Source: an uncultured Fibrobacterales bacterium
GTDB taxonomy: Bacteria > Fibrobacterota > Fibrobacteria > Fibrobacterales > CAWVXU01
Assembly (NCBI GenBank): GCA_963934255.1
Contig: CAWVXU010000001.1
Coordinates: 1 to 64,000 of the forward strand
DNA length: 64,000 bases
Direction of reading: 5' to 3'
A model generated the notes under the pieces. That model was not told where the DNA came from, made no database searches, and was given only the letters and a program-made list of their open reading frames with translations. Positions 31,186 through 40,981 of the stretch are shown one piece after another. The first letter of the stretch is position 1; each line of letters starts with the position of its first letter. The position numbers and the translations under genes are program-made.

Positions 31186-32214
31186 ATGAAAAATCCTAAT
31201 TCTCAATACTGGCCTTTGATTATCATAGCTAGCCTCATGATGATAGCCTTTTTAAAAGTGGCAAAAATTATTGTTCTACCTATTGTCGTTTCAATTTTTT
31301 TGTCCTTTATGCTCATCCCAATTATTCATTGGTTGCGTCGTAAAAAGGTTCCACCAGTACTTAGCTCATTTTTATCTTTGGGATTAGTTTTCTTGGTTAT
31401 TGCCTTCACAATCTCTATTGTGGTAGTGAGTTTACAATCGCTCTCTGCATCGCTGCCGGGTTACGAAGAGAGAGTCCAGATACTTCTGGCTAAATTAGTC
31501 AATTATATTAATAGCTTTGGTTTTTCATTAAATGCACAAGACTTTCTAGCGATAATTGACATTAAATCTCTGATGAGCTTTGCTGGTAAAAGTGTTGGAG
31601 CAATTTTAAGCATTGGTTTTGATATTTTAAAATACGGTTTATTGATATTTTTCATCTCCCTTTTCATGATGATTGAGTCTACGCGAATAGGTCAAAAAGC
31701 AAGGAAAGCTTTTGGGCAGGGGCAAATACTTGATGACTCAAGCAAACATATCGCCATAGAAATTCAACGTTATATTTTTTATAAAACAATCATTTCTCTT
31801 ACTACAGGAATACTTGTTTGGGCAGTGCTTCGGGTTATTGGAGTTGATTTCCCTTTAGTTTGGGGACTCCTTGCTTTCTTATTAAACTTTATCCCTTCGG
31901 TCGGTTCAATTATCGCAACCCTCCCTCCTGTTTTAATGGCACTACTTCAATTTGATACTCCCCTGAAGTATGCTGCTATTGTGTTGGCATCCTTGATGGC
32001 AATACAGGTCAGCATTGGAAGCTATTTAGACCCCAAAATAATGGGAGAACATTTAAACTTATCAACTCTGGTGATATTTATTTCCATGGTTTTTTGGGGT
32101 TGGGTCTGGGGGCCCGTAGGGATGTTAATTGCCGTCCCCATTGCCGTGACTTTCAAGGTAGCGATGCACCATCACCCCCGTTTAAAACCGATTTCTCAAA
32201 TGATGGAGGGCTAA
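31186..32214 (+). CDS. AI-2E family transporter
   Basis: Multi-TM; FLLNFIPSVGS, DPKIMGEHLNLS, WGWVWGPVGMLIAVP. Confidence 0.9.
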   Translation: MKNPNSQYWPLIIIASLMMIAFLKVAKIIVLPIVVSIFLSFMLIPIIHWLRRKKVPPVLSSFLSLGLVFLVIAFTISIVVVSLQSLSASLPGYEERVQILLAKLVNYINSFGFSLNAQDFLAIIDIKSLMSFAGKSVGAILSIGFDILKYGLLIFFISLFMMIESTRIGQKARKAFGQGQILDDSSKHIAIEIQRYIFYKTIISLTTGILVWAVLRVIGVDFPLVWGLLAFLLNFIPSVGSIIATLPPVLMALLQFDTPLKYAAIVLASLMAIQVSIGSYLDPKIMGEHLNLSTLVIFISMVFWGWVWGPVGMLIAVPIAVTFKVAMHHHPRLKPISQMMEG

Positions 32215-32526
32215 ATGCCTTGGTTTGAAATCCCAGCTGCCACTTTGGTAAAAGAGGGTGAGCATAAGTCTTTTAGTGTTCGTAATGAAAAATTACTCGT
32301 TTGTCGAGTCGATACAAAGCTCTATGCAGTTTCAAATTATTGCCCTCATGTAGGGGCATTATTGACTACAGGCGACCTGAGTCAAGGTCAAATCACATGC
32401 TCTTTCCACCAATGGACTTTTGATGTAAGAACGGGTGATTGCACTTATCCACGGCAGGGTCCTCAATTGGAAACCAAAGCCACCCGAGAAATTAATGGTA
32501 TCCTTGAAGTAGAGCTCGTTGAATAG
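32215..32526 (+). CDS. Rieske [2Fe-2S] ferredoxin
   Basis: CPHVG and CSFHQWTFDVRTG. Confidence 0.9.
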   Translation: MPWFEIPAATLVKEGEHKSFSVRNEKLLVCRVDTKLYAVSNYCPHVGALLTTGDLSQGQITCSFHQWTFDVRTGDCTYPRQGPQLETKATREINGILEVELVE

Positions 32527-32541
32527 TTATAGTCTAAACAC

Positions 32542-32578
32542 AAAAAAGGCGACTTCCAATATGGATGTCGCCTTTCTT
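32542..32578. terminator. Probable bidirectional intrinsic terminator
   Basis: AAAAAAGGCGAC...GTCGCCTTTCTT. Confidence 0.7.
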
Positions 32579-32653
32579 GTCAGTTTGCTCATTTGAGCTT
32601 AGGTTTATTATTTCAATGAGTACACAAATGAGTATATCATTAAAAAACTAAAA

Positions 32654-32850
32654 TTACGGGTTTAACTTTAAGCCAATGGCGAAGCACTCTTTAAAGTGCT
32701 TTCTTTGGAGTAACTCATCGACACAGACCCTTTGACATTACCAGCGACACCAATAATAACTGAAATATTGTAGTTGACTCGCTTCGCAGAAACTCATTTG
32801 AGCTGAAGTGCCTTTGGAGTTGTCCCAATCAACAAACTATAAATTTCCAT
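32654..32850 (-). pseudogene. CheX-like chemotaxis phosphatase remnant
   Basis: MEIYSLLIGTTPKALQLK*VSAKRVNYNISVIIGVAGNVKGSVSMSYSKESTLKSAS (in-frame TGA at 32794-32796), followed directly by a C-terminal-like AIGLKLNP* in another frame. The ExxN active-site helix is absent. Confidence 0.6.
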
Positions 32851-32964
32851 CTTTGCTATTAGAAACGGGTTTACATGTTCAATGCTTATATTAGTAATCA
32901 AGATTCCTTTTCGTTTATGAAATGATTATACTTTGAATAACAGGTAAATTACAAGAGTTTTTTT

Positions 32965-33933
32965 ATGTTAGACCGAATTACCCATGAAATCAGAGCTTCT
33001 GGTGCTGAAATATTTTCAATCCTTGTGAGAAAAAATGGGACAACACTGCTTGAAGAGTATTTTCACGGTCATGGACCAAGGGATTTACAGCGGCTTTATT
33101 CCTGCACAAAGAGTATTTCGTCGCTTCTTGTGGGGCTGGCGATCCAGGTTAAGGGTCTGGACTATGATATGGTCCTTACTCAGCGGGTAGTTGATCTTTT
33201 TACGGACTTTGAAATAAACAATCCTAGTGACCGTAAAAATAACTTAAAAGTGGAACACCTCCTTAATCAGACTACTGGAATAAATTGGAAGGAAACTGGC
33301 CGTCCTTGGAGTGAAGGCCATTCGGGTTATGATATGGAAAAGTCAGCCAATTGGGTTGAATTTGTACTCGGACAAGAAATGACCTCTGACCCTGGTAAGC
33401 GTTTTAACTATAACACAGGGGTTTCACATCTTTTGACTGTACTTGTTGAAATATTGACAGGCATGCCTGCTGATAAATTTGCCACCAAGTATTTATTTGA
33501 ACCTCTAGGTATTACATCATCTGAATGGACACGTGATTCACATAATTATGTGCAGGGTGGCAAAGGGCTTAGCCTATCCCCAGATGCTCTTGCTCGAATA
33601 GGACAAATGGTGATGGCCAAAGGTCAATTTGAGGGTCGTCAAATAATCAATGAAGAATGGCTTGAGATGAGTTTGAGTCCACAATCCAAAGGACATAAAT
33701 ATTATGGAACCTATGGATTTCAATGGTGGTTGAAGAATTTAACCGAAGGACCCGAGCCTGATGGTGATGGATATAACATTCGTTGTGGCATTGGCTATGG
33801 TGGACAATTTATTTATATGGTTCCCAAATGGGACCTACTTGTCGTAATGACTGGAAATATGATCGGGGCCGAAAAATTTGAAACACCTCAAAATATTTTT
33901 AAAGACCAAATTTTATCTTTTTTTCAAATTTAA
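32965..33933 (+). CDS. Serine hydrolase, beta-lactamase class C-like family
   Basis: SxxK (YSCTKS), HLLNQTTG, PGKRFNYNTG, GYGGQFI. Confidence 0.88.
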   Translation: MLDRITHEIRASGAEIFSILVRKNGTTLLEEYFHGHGPRDLQRLYSCTKSISSLLVGLAIQVKGLDYDMVLTQRVVDLFTDFEINNPSDRKNNLKVEHLLNQTTGINWKETGRPWSEGHSGYDMEKSANWVEFVLGQEMTSDPGKRFNYNTGVSHLLTVLVEILTGMPADKFATKYLFEPLGITSSEWTRDSHNYVQGGKGLSLSPDALARIGQMVMAKGQFEGRQIINEEWLEMSLSPQSKGHKYYGTYGFQWWLKNLTEGPEPDGDGYNIRCGIGYGGQFIYMVPKWDLLVVMTGNMIGAEKFETPQNIFKDQILSFFQI

Positions 33934-33936
33934 TCT

Positions 33937-36051
33937 ATGGAACAATTCACCACTCATATCGTTTTTGAACTAATCTCAACCCTCGTGGCTTCAAGTGTGT
34001 TTGTCGTTTTACTTTTTGACCGAAAAGAAGGTCCAATTCGGCTGAGTTTTTTGGCCATGATTTTTTCAATGATGATTTGGCAATCAACTAAACTATACAC
34101 CAATGCGTCAATTATATATGGTTATGACTTAGATGTTGAATTTTGGAGACGGCTGAGTTTTTGGTTTATTTCTCTAGTGCCTCCAACTACTTTTTTGATG
34201 TCGAGTTTTTTAAGCCGTCGATTTAATACTTGGGTCAAATACCCTATTTTACTTGCTTTTGTTTTGATGATTGGTTTTATGGTTATAGAGCCCTTGGGTT
34301 TAATATTTAAAGGTCATCAAATCACCTCATATGGATATTATCATATCCCAGGTGATTGGTACTATGTCTGGATGGCAGTATATTCAATCATCATTTCTGC
34401 AGGTCTTTATTTATTATTTCCATCGCATTACAAGCGCTTCCCTGATTTTCAAAGACAGTCCATCTTTATTTTTAGTGCAGCAGGATTTGGCTTTGCTGTG
34501 GGCGCCTTAGAGTTTTATTCAGTTCTAGTAGGGCCTATTTATCCTGTTGCAGATCTTGCTCCTTGTATTTTTGGAGGTCTACTTTATTGGACGATATTTA
34601 GATATAATTTTTTAGGTGGCTGGGGTGTATTTAAAATAGTCACCATGCGTTTGATGTTTTTTGCTGCAATCTATCTTGTAGTTTATTTAGTATTCAATCT
34701 TGGGATATGGGTTCAACATGCTACGGGACTTCCAAGTGGTAATTCGATTTTTGTTTTTTGTGCCGCACTTGTGGCCACATTGATGATGCCTATATATATT
34801 ACACTCGTCAAGAATATCCGACGTAAGTTTTACCCGATTCGATTTGGTTATCGTACAATTTTTTTAAACCTATTACAAAAACTAACTCAACATCAGTCCC
34901 TTGATGAAATGGTTCGAATCGCCCTTGAGGAATTGGAATATCATTTTCAATATGAAAATGGTTATGGTATTTTGTTTGAGACGAATGGTCTTGATATTAA
35001 ATCCAATCAATGGAGGATAATCGGATCACCGCAGAAGCCACCTCAAATTAAACCACATTTATTTGAGCGTTCACTGGAGAAAATTGTTAATCGACATCAT
35101 CTTTTACAAGGCCTAAGGTTTTCTAGAACACTAGAACAAGACCGAGGCCAATTTCTGAGAGATTATAAATTTATCCAAAGGCTAGATGCTGACCTTGTTG
35201 TACCGATAAATTCAAATGGTAAATGTTATGGGTTATTGGTCCTTAAAGAAAGACATTATAAAGCTGAGTCTTGGGAAGTGGCAGAGCAATTACTCAATTC
35301 CATATCTGAAATTTTAGGTGGACAAATTGCACAGATGTCACTCTTAGAGCATCAATCAAGACAAGATAGATTGTCTCAAGTAGGTATGATGGCAGCAGGC
35401 ATGGCCCATGAAATAAAAAACCCTCTTGAAGGGATTTATGGTGCAGCTCAATTATTGGAAGAGGAGGCCCTTGACTCTGACCCTACTGAGGAGATTGTAA
35501 AAGAAAGCAGTCAAGTCGTGAGTCCTATGATTAATATTATTTTAAAAGAATCGCGAAGGCTGAATGATCTTGTTCATCAGTTTCTTACTTTTTCACGACC
35601 CTTTAGGCTTAGTAAAGAAAAAAGTTTTGTAGGGCTATGGCTTCAAGAGTTTATTGATGATCAAAAAACTCTTGGGATTGATTTAGATTTGATTATTTCG
35701 TCAAAGACCTTGGGCACGGAAACTCATACTGATGTTGATTTAAGAGGTTTGCATCAGATACTACTTAATCTAGTTCAAAATGCTGCGAGATATCAATTGC
35801 CAGGTAAGCAGCCACGTATCTTGTGGGATCCAATTGAACGAATTATTCAAGTTCAAGACGATGGACCTGGAGTCCCTATTGAGGAACAGAGCAAAATTTT
35901 TAACCCATTTTATACCACTTCAAATAAAGGGACCGGACTCGGCCTAGCCATCTCGAATAAGATTGCAATTGAAATGGGTGGAGATTTACATTACCAAACA
36001 TTAGAGCCCGGCTCTAGTTTTATTTTAGAACTCGGAGAGCACCCTAAATGA
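33937..36051 (+). CDS. Sensor histidine kinase with multi-TM N-terminus, GAF-like segment and HisKA/HATPase domains
   Basis: About 8-9 TM helices, ADLVVPI..GKCYGLLVL, AGMAHEIKNPL, DDGPG, GTGLGLAI. Confidence 0.9.
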   Translation: MEQFTTHIVFELISTLVASSVFVVLLFDRKEGPIRLSFLAMIFSMMIWQSTKLYTNASIIYGYDLDVEFWRRLSFWFISLVPPTTFLMSSFLSRRFNTWVKYPILLAFVLMIGFMVIEPLGLIFKGHQITSYGYYHIPGDWYYVWMAVYSIIISAGLYLLFPSHYKRFPDFQRQSIFIFSAAGFGFAVGALEFYSVLVGPIYPVADLAPCIFGGLLYWTIFRYNFLGGWGVFKIVTMRLMFFAAIYLVVYLVFNLGIWVQHATGLPSGNSIFVFCAALVATLMMPIYITLVKNIRRKFYPIRFGYRTIFLNLLQKLTQHQSLDEMVRIALEELEYHFQYENGYGILFETNGLDIKSNQWRIIGSPQKPPQIKPHLFERSLEKIVNRHHLLQGLRFSRTLEQDRGQFLRDYKFIQRLDADLVVPINSNGKCYGLLVLKERHYKAESWEVAEQLLNSISEILGGQIAQMSLLEHQSRQDRLSQVGMMAAGMAHEIKNPLEGIYGAAQLLEEEALDSDPTEEIVKESSQVVSPMINIILKESRRLNDLVHQFLTFSRPFRLSKEKSFVGLWLQEFIDDQKTLGIDLDLIISSKTLGTETHTDVDLRGLHQILLNLVQNAARYQLPGKQPRILWDPIERIIQVQDDGPGVPIEEQSKIFNPFYTTSNKGTGLGLAISNKIAIEMGGDLHYQTLEPGSSFILELGEHPK

Positions 36052-37481
36052 ATCGTATCCTAATCGTAGATGATGAAGAAAACATTAGAGAAATAATAAA
36101 GATGACACTGCGTAAAAATGCAGATGAAATTTTTACAGCCGAAAGCGCTGAGGCGGGTCTTGAAATTCTTAAAGAAAATAATATTGATATAGTTATTTCT
36201 GATATTAAAATGCCCGGCATGGATGGGTTAGATTTTTTACAATGTGTCAAAAAAGAACAACCAAGAGTCGAGTTTTTAATGATTACAGCTCATGGTAATA
36301 TGGATACTGTGATTGAAGCGATGCGCTTGGGAGCAAGCGACTTTTTATCTAAACCTTTTGAAAACAAGATTCTTCGAGAACAAGTTGCGAAGCTTCTTTC
36401 TATTAAAGAGAAAAACAAAGAAAAGGTCAGTACACCTAATCATGCCCCTAAACTCGAAGGTATGATTGGCGATAGCCCTGCTTTTAATAAATGCGTTAAG
36501 CGGGCCTTAAAGTCTGCAGCGAGTGATTCAACGATCCTCATTAATGGCGATAGTGGGACAGGTAAAGAAGTTTTTGCTCGTGCGATTCATCAAAATAGTC
36601 CTCGTGCTGCTAGTTCTTTTATTGCGGTCAATTGCGGGGCAATCCCTGAGAACCTCATTGAATCAGAACTTTTCGGGTATGAAAAAGGAGCATTTACGGG
36701 AGCGATGTCTGAGAAGCCGGGTAAGTTTGAACTCGCGCAAAATGGTACTTTATTTCTAGATGAAATTGGAGAAATGCCACTTCTTATGCAAGTGAAACTT
36801 TTAAGAGTACTACAGGAGAAGCAAGTTGACCGATTAGGGTCCACAGCTCCAATAGATATAGACTTTAGACTCGTTGCTGCTACTAATAAGGATCTGCAAA
36901 GAGAAATAGCAGCGGGTAGATTTCGAGAAGATTTATTTTATCGTTTGAATATTATCCCTATCTTACTGCCTTCGTTAAAAGACCGTGAGGATGATGTGAC
37001 TCATTTAGCGCAGCATTTTTTAAATGGGTTTAATGATCGCTATGAATATACTTATCGTTTTAATGTCAAACAAATGTCAGCGATTAAAGGATATACATGG
37101 CCGGGTAATATTCGCGAGTTAGAGAATATTGTTGAACGAAGTGTGGTACTTGGAGATGGTGAACAAGTTGAACTTGATATACCTGGTCTTGACAGTGATG
37201 AACTTCTTTTGACTGAGTCTGATGCTTCAGATGAAACTTTATGGGTCGGTCCATTGGTAAACCATGAAACTAAAGCTAAAATAGAGAAACATACAGCGAC
37301 TCATGCAACGGCAATAGTCACCCCATTAGTTCACAAAAAAGGATTTAAAATTAAACTGACATCCTCTCAGATACTTCAAGCTCTTAAAGAAAACAACGGC
37401 AATAAATCTAAGACTTCAGAAGTATTGGGAATTAGTAGACGCAGTCTGTTGTACAAAATTAAAGAGTTTGAAATTCTATGA
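36048..37481 (+). CDS. Sigma54-dependent response regulator (NtrC family)
   Basis: Receiver SDIKMPGMDG, GDSGTGKE, GAFTGA, FREDLFYRL, Fis-type HTH; ATGA overlap with the kinase. Confidence 0.94.
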   Translation: MNRILIVDDEENIREIIKMTLRKNADEIFTAESAEAGLEILKENNIDIVISDIKMPGMDGLDFLQCVKKEQPRVEFLMITAHGNMDTVIEAMRLGASDFLSKPFENKILREQVAKLLSIKEKNKEKVSTPNHAPKLEGMIGDSPAFNKCVKRALKSAASDSTILINGDSGTGKEVFARAIHQNSPRAASSFIAVNCGAIPENLIESELFGYEKGAFTGAMSEKPGKFELAQNGTLFLDEIGEMPLLMQVKLLRVLQEKQVDRLGSTAPIDIDFRLVAATNKDLQREIAAGRFREDLFYRLNIIPILLPSLKDREDDVTHLAQHFLNGFNDRYEYTYRFNVKQMSAIKGYTWPGNIRELENIVERSVVLGDGEQVELDIPGLDSDELLLTESDASDETLWVGPLVNHETKAKIEKHTATHATAIVTPLVHKKGFKIKLTSSQILQALKENNGNKSKTSEVLGISRRSLLYKIKEFEIL

Positions 37482-38578
37482 AAAAGAGAACCTTGATATT
37501 TGGGCTAATCAGTTTTGCTTTGAGTGCTTGTAGTTCAAGCGTACCTGTAAACGTGGTTCGCGCACCTACGATTGAAATGAATAATATTGAAACATTAGCT
37601 GTGAATATATTTGATTTATCAGGTCGTAAGAATCTAGAGTATGTTGACTCTACTATGATTGATAAAGTCGTGGAAATGTATGATAGAAATGCCAATCTAG
37701 GATATGCATTTAAAAGAGATTTTAAAAGACGGCACCGTTATGGTTTAGAGTCAGCCCTACAAGCTCGCAAAAAGTTCAAAATTGTTTCTAACCATAAAAA
37801 TGCTCAAGCTAAGGTTAAAGGTGACTTAAGGCTAGAAATAAAAGATGAAGGTAAATGGGTGGAACGCGCACTTTCAGATGGTGAGAAAGTCAACATTTAT
37901 CAGGTGTATCGAGTTGTCAAGGTGACGGTAGATTTCCAAGTAAAGCATCAAAATAAAATTATTGGAAATGGCAGTGTTTTTAAAACTGCTACAAGTTCAA
38001 GTGAAAATATTTCACAAAAAGCTGCAATCAAGAATCTAGCCGATTGGGAAAACCTAAGCTATCAAGCTATAGATAAGACACATGCCGATGTACTCAAATT
38101 TATATTCCCATACACACAGACTTATCAAGTCAAACTTGAAGAAGGTGATGACGATGATCGTGTTGAAGAGGGTGCTGGAATCGCGGAAGACGGAGATTGG
38201 AAAAAAGCAACCTCATTATGGAGTGAAGTGATAGCAGAAAAATCAGGTGAAGATCTAGCTGCTGCCCAGTTTAATATGGGAGTTTACCATGAGCAAAAGG
38301 GTCAGTATTCAAAAGCAATAAATTGGTACAAATCCTCCTTAAGTAGCTATAATTTAGAGTCAGCAAGCTCTGGTTTAGGACGTGTCAAGGCCGCTCGGGC
38401 AGATCGTCAGAAAATTAACCAGAGCAAACCTAAGACAAATCATTCCAAATCAAAAGCCAAAGTGAATATTCACAAGCAACACGATGGTAAGAAATGGAAG
38501 AAAAAACAACCCAAGTCTCAAAGTATTGAGGCCATAGATGAGTCTGAAGAATCTTCAGACCCAGGTGTAGGATTTTAA
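37478..38578 (+). CDS. Lipoprotein with C-terminal TPR-like helices
   Basis: Lipobox LSAC; AQFNMGVYHEQKGQYSKAINWYKSSL TPR-like segment; Lys-rich tail. Confidence 0.7.
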   Translation: MKKRTLIFGLISFALSACSSSVPVNVVRAPTIEMNNIETLAVNIFDLSGRKNLEYVDSTMIDKVVEMYDRNANLGYAFKRDFKRRHRYGLESALQARKKFKIVSNHKNAQAKVKGDLRLEIKDEGKWVERALSDGEKVNIYQVYRVVKVTVDFQVKHQNKIIGNGSVFKTATSSSENISQKAAIKNLADWENLSYQAIDKTHADVLKFIFPYTQTYQVKLEEGDDDDRVEEGAGIAEDGDWKKATSLWSEVIAEKSGEDLAAAQFNMGVYHEQKGQYSKAINWYKSSLSSYNLESASSGLGRVKAARADRQKINQSKPKTNHSKSKAKVNIHKQHDGKKWKKKQPKSQSIEAIDESEESSDPGVGF

Positions 38579-38581
38579 AAA

Positions 38582-39919
38582 ATGCTTAGAGTATTAGATC
38601 TCAATAATTTTTGGAGCCCAACAGGTGGCGGAGTTCGCCGTTACCATTTGCAGAAGTTGGAGTATTTCAAAACTCGTGAAGATGTACATTATGTGTTTTT
38701 GATGCAAGACAGTGAGACTCGGACTGAGGTGATTAATGAGACTACTCTCATTGAGCATGTAGAAGCTTGGAAAGTTCCTGGTAACTGGGAATATCGATTT
38801 CTAAAAGACTGGCGTAAAGTTCTTGAATATATTCTTAAAGTAAGACCTGATGTGATTGAAGTCGGCTCTCCTTATGTGATGCCTGGCCTCGTTAAGAAGG
38901 CAATCGACCACCTACCTGATGGCTTTATTGCTCCGCGTGTAGTTGGCTTTTGGCATGCTGACTTCCCGGTCACTTATATCTATAGGTTCTTTAGGAAGTT
39001 TACTGAGCCCGTGGGGAAATTATTTGGTGCTATGGGATGGGCATTTGCGCGGCGTCAGTATAATTGGATGGATGGCATTTATGTTTCTAGTGAAGTCATA
39101 AAAGAGCGAATGTTATCCCATAAGATGAAGAAAACATTTTTTGTTCCTCTTGGTGTTGATGCTGAACACTTCCACCCTTCCAAAAGATCTAAAGTGATAG
39201 AAGCCAAATTACTTAAGATGGATCCTGGCTCTAGTCGAAGAAGTATTTTCTTCCCTCATCGTTTTAGTCAAGAAAAAGGTGTCAGAGATCTCGTTGCAAG
39301 TTATAAATCTCTTAAAGATGATTTCCCCAACCTCCCGCGTTTAATTTTTGCAGGTACTGGTCCTGACCTTGAAATGGTCGAAGAGTTGATTGAAGATAAC
39401 GGTCTTTGTCGATACCTTGGCTTTATCAAATCCAAAGATGAAATGGCAGAATGGTACGCCACATGTGAGCTAGGACTTGCACTTTCTGGTTGGGAAACAT
39501 TCGGACTATCTATTTTAGAGGCGATGGCCTCAGGGCAAGTTCTTATAGGGGCAAATTCGGGCGCTGCTAGTGAACATATTACTAAATCTAGCTCAGGTTA
39601 TATGGTGCCGACTGATGATGTGCCAGCTCTTATTGATGCGATCAAAAAATTAGCAGAACTTGATGATGAGACATTAGTTAAGTGGAGTCAAAAATCACGG
39701 GCTTATGCAGAAAAGCTGACTTGGAATCATTGCTTTGATCTTGAAGTGAAGTACTACTTAGAAGTTTATGAAAACAACAAAGGCCAAAGACTCGATGTGA
39801 CTTTATCGGCCCCAATTTATAGTGATGATTTTTTTATAAAAAAAGAAGTTTCTCATCAGGATGAGTCTAAGACGAATGATTTATATGTTGATGAGTCCAA
39901 AAGTACAGGTGAACAATGA
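38582..39919 (+). CDS. GT4-family (GT-B) glycosyltransferase
   Basis: GGVRRY, PDVIEVGSPY, WHADFP, LGVD, ETFGLSILEAMASG. Confidence 0.88.
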   Translation: MLRVLDLNNFWSPTGGGVRRYHLQKLEYFKTREDVHYVFLMQDSETRTEVINETTLIEHVEAWKVPGNWEYRFLKDWRKVLEYILKVRPDVIEVGSPYVMPGLVKKAIDHLPDGFIAPRVVGFWHADFPVTYIYRFFRKFTEPVGKLFGAMGWAFARRQYNWMDGIYVSSEVIKERMLSHKMKKTFFVPLGVDAEHFHPSKRSKVIEAKLLKMDPGSSRRSIFFPHRFSQEKGVRDLVASYKSLKDDFPNLPRLIFAGTGPDLEMVEELIEDNGLCRYLGFIKSKDEMAEWYATCELGLALSGWETFGLSILEAMASGQVLIGANSGAASEHITKSSSGYMVPTDDVPALIDAIKKLAELDDETLVKWSQKSRAYAEKLTWNHCFDLEVKYYLEVYENNKGQRLDVTLSAPIYSDDFFIKKEVSHQDESKTNDLYVDESKSTGEQ

Positions 39920-40863
39920 TCCCTAATCGACTGATATTTATATGGTTTGGGGATAGCTTTCCCTGGGAAAACATTATTGCGATGAGATCTGCAATTAATA
40001 CTAATTCCCCTGATGAAGTTCTACTCATACATCAAGGGCTTTCAGCTGATATGCCTGAACTCGCAGAATTTTTCAAATTGAAATTTTTTCGTTTTGTTGA
40101 AGCTGATGCATCTTGGTTTAAAAACCTGCCAGATGAAGGAATTGCTTGGGAACTTTTTCAAGAATTAACATCGCCTGCTAGTCGGGCTAATCTACTTCGT
40201 CTTGCGGTGCTTTGGAAAATGGGTGGTGTCTATCTTGATACTGACACGATTACTATTCGGGACTTAACACCATTACGCCAAAGTCACCAAGGGTTTATTG
40301 GCGTGGAGCCAGTAGCCTTACCACGTGAATATTATCAAAGCTCTAATCCTTTGCGCCATATCACGGTGGGTCTTAAATTTATTTGGAGAGAGTTTTGCGC
40401 AAGAACTCCGGGTGGTGCCAAATGGTTCCGTTATACTGAGGGTTGGTTTCATCCTTCAGTCAATAATGCGGTGATTGGATCAATCCCTGAGCATCCAATG
40501 ATTAAAAAAGCGTTTGAAACTATCCTTACTATGGATGCTGAAACGCAACGCAAGAGATTTAGACTAGGTACTCATCTGATGCAAGATGTCACGGGAAACA
40601 CCTCACAGGAAAACTTCGAAGTATTTGACTCGGAATATTTCTATCCACTAGGTCCTGAAATTTCAGCTCAATGGTTTAAAAAAGGGACGGACACTAAGGT
40701 TCGAGAATTTTGTCGACCTAATACTTTTGTGGTACATTGGTACAACTCGGTGGAGAGACGGTTCCTCAAAGAAAATCTCAGTGCAGATTGGGTGAAAAGA
40801 AACCCAGCCTGTGCATTTTCAAAGCTCGTGAGTGAGTATGGTGATGAGGTAAAGCTCGACTAA
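39916..40863 (+). CDS. DXD-motif glycosyltransferase (GT32 / sugar-binding domain type)
   Basis: MIPNRLIFIWFG, ANLLRLAVLWKMGGVYLDTD, NNAVIGSIPEHP, VHWY. Confidence 0.85.
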   Translation: MIPNRLIFIWFGDSFPWENIIAMRSAINTNSPDEVLLIHQGLSADMPELAEFFKLKFFRFVEADASWFKNLPDEGIAWELFQELTSPASRANLLRLAVLWKMGGVYLDTDTITIRDLTPLRQSHQGFIGVEPVALPREYYQSSNPLRHITVGLKFIWREFCARTPGGAKWFRYTEGWFHPSVNNAVIGSIPEHPMIKKAFETILTMDAETQRKRFRLGTHLMQDVTGNTSQENFEVFDSEYFYPLGPEISAQWFKKGTDTKVREFCRPNTFVVHWYNSVERRFLKENLSADWVKRNPACAFSKLVSEYGDEVKLD

Positions 40864-40893
40864 TCAGACCTTAACGATTTCGTCTTTAGATAA

Positions 40894-40927
40894 AAAATGC
40901 CACCTTCAAATTTGAAGGTGGCATTTT
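40894..40927. terminator. Perfect 34-bp palindrome between convergent genes; probable bidirectional terminator
   Basis: AAAATGCCACCTTCAAA-TTTGAAGGTGGCATTTT. Confidence 0.75.
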
Positions 40928-40981
40928 AATATTAAGATGTAATCCATGAATATGATCATGGACTGATTAATTCCTAAGAAT

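Noticed and set aside
40894..40927. Perfect 34-bp palindrome as a possible mobile element or MITE
   Set aside because: It is a single copy in the window, lies between convergent genes and has A/T-tract ends, so a bidirectional terminator explains it.
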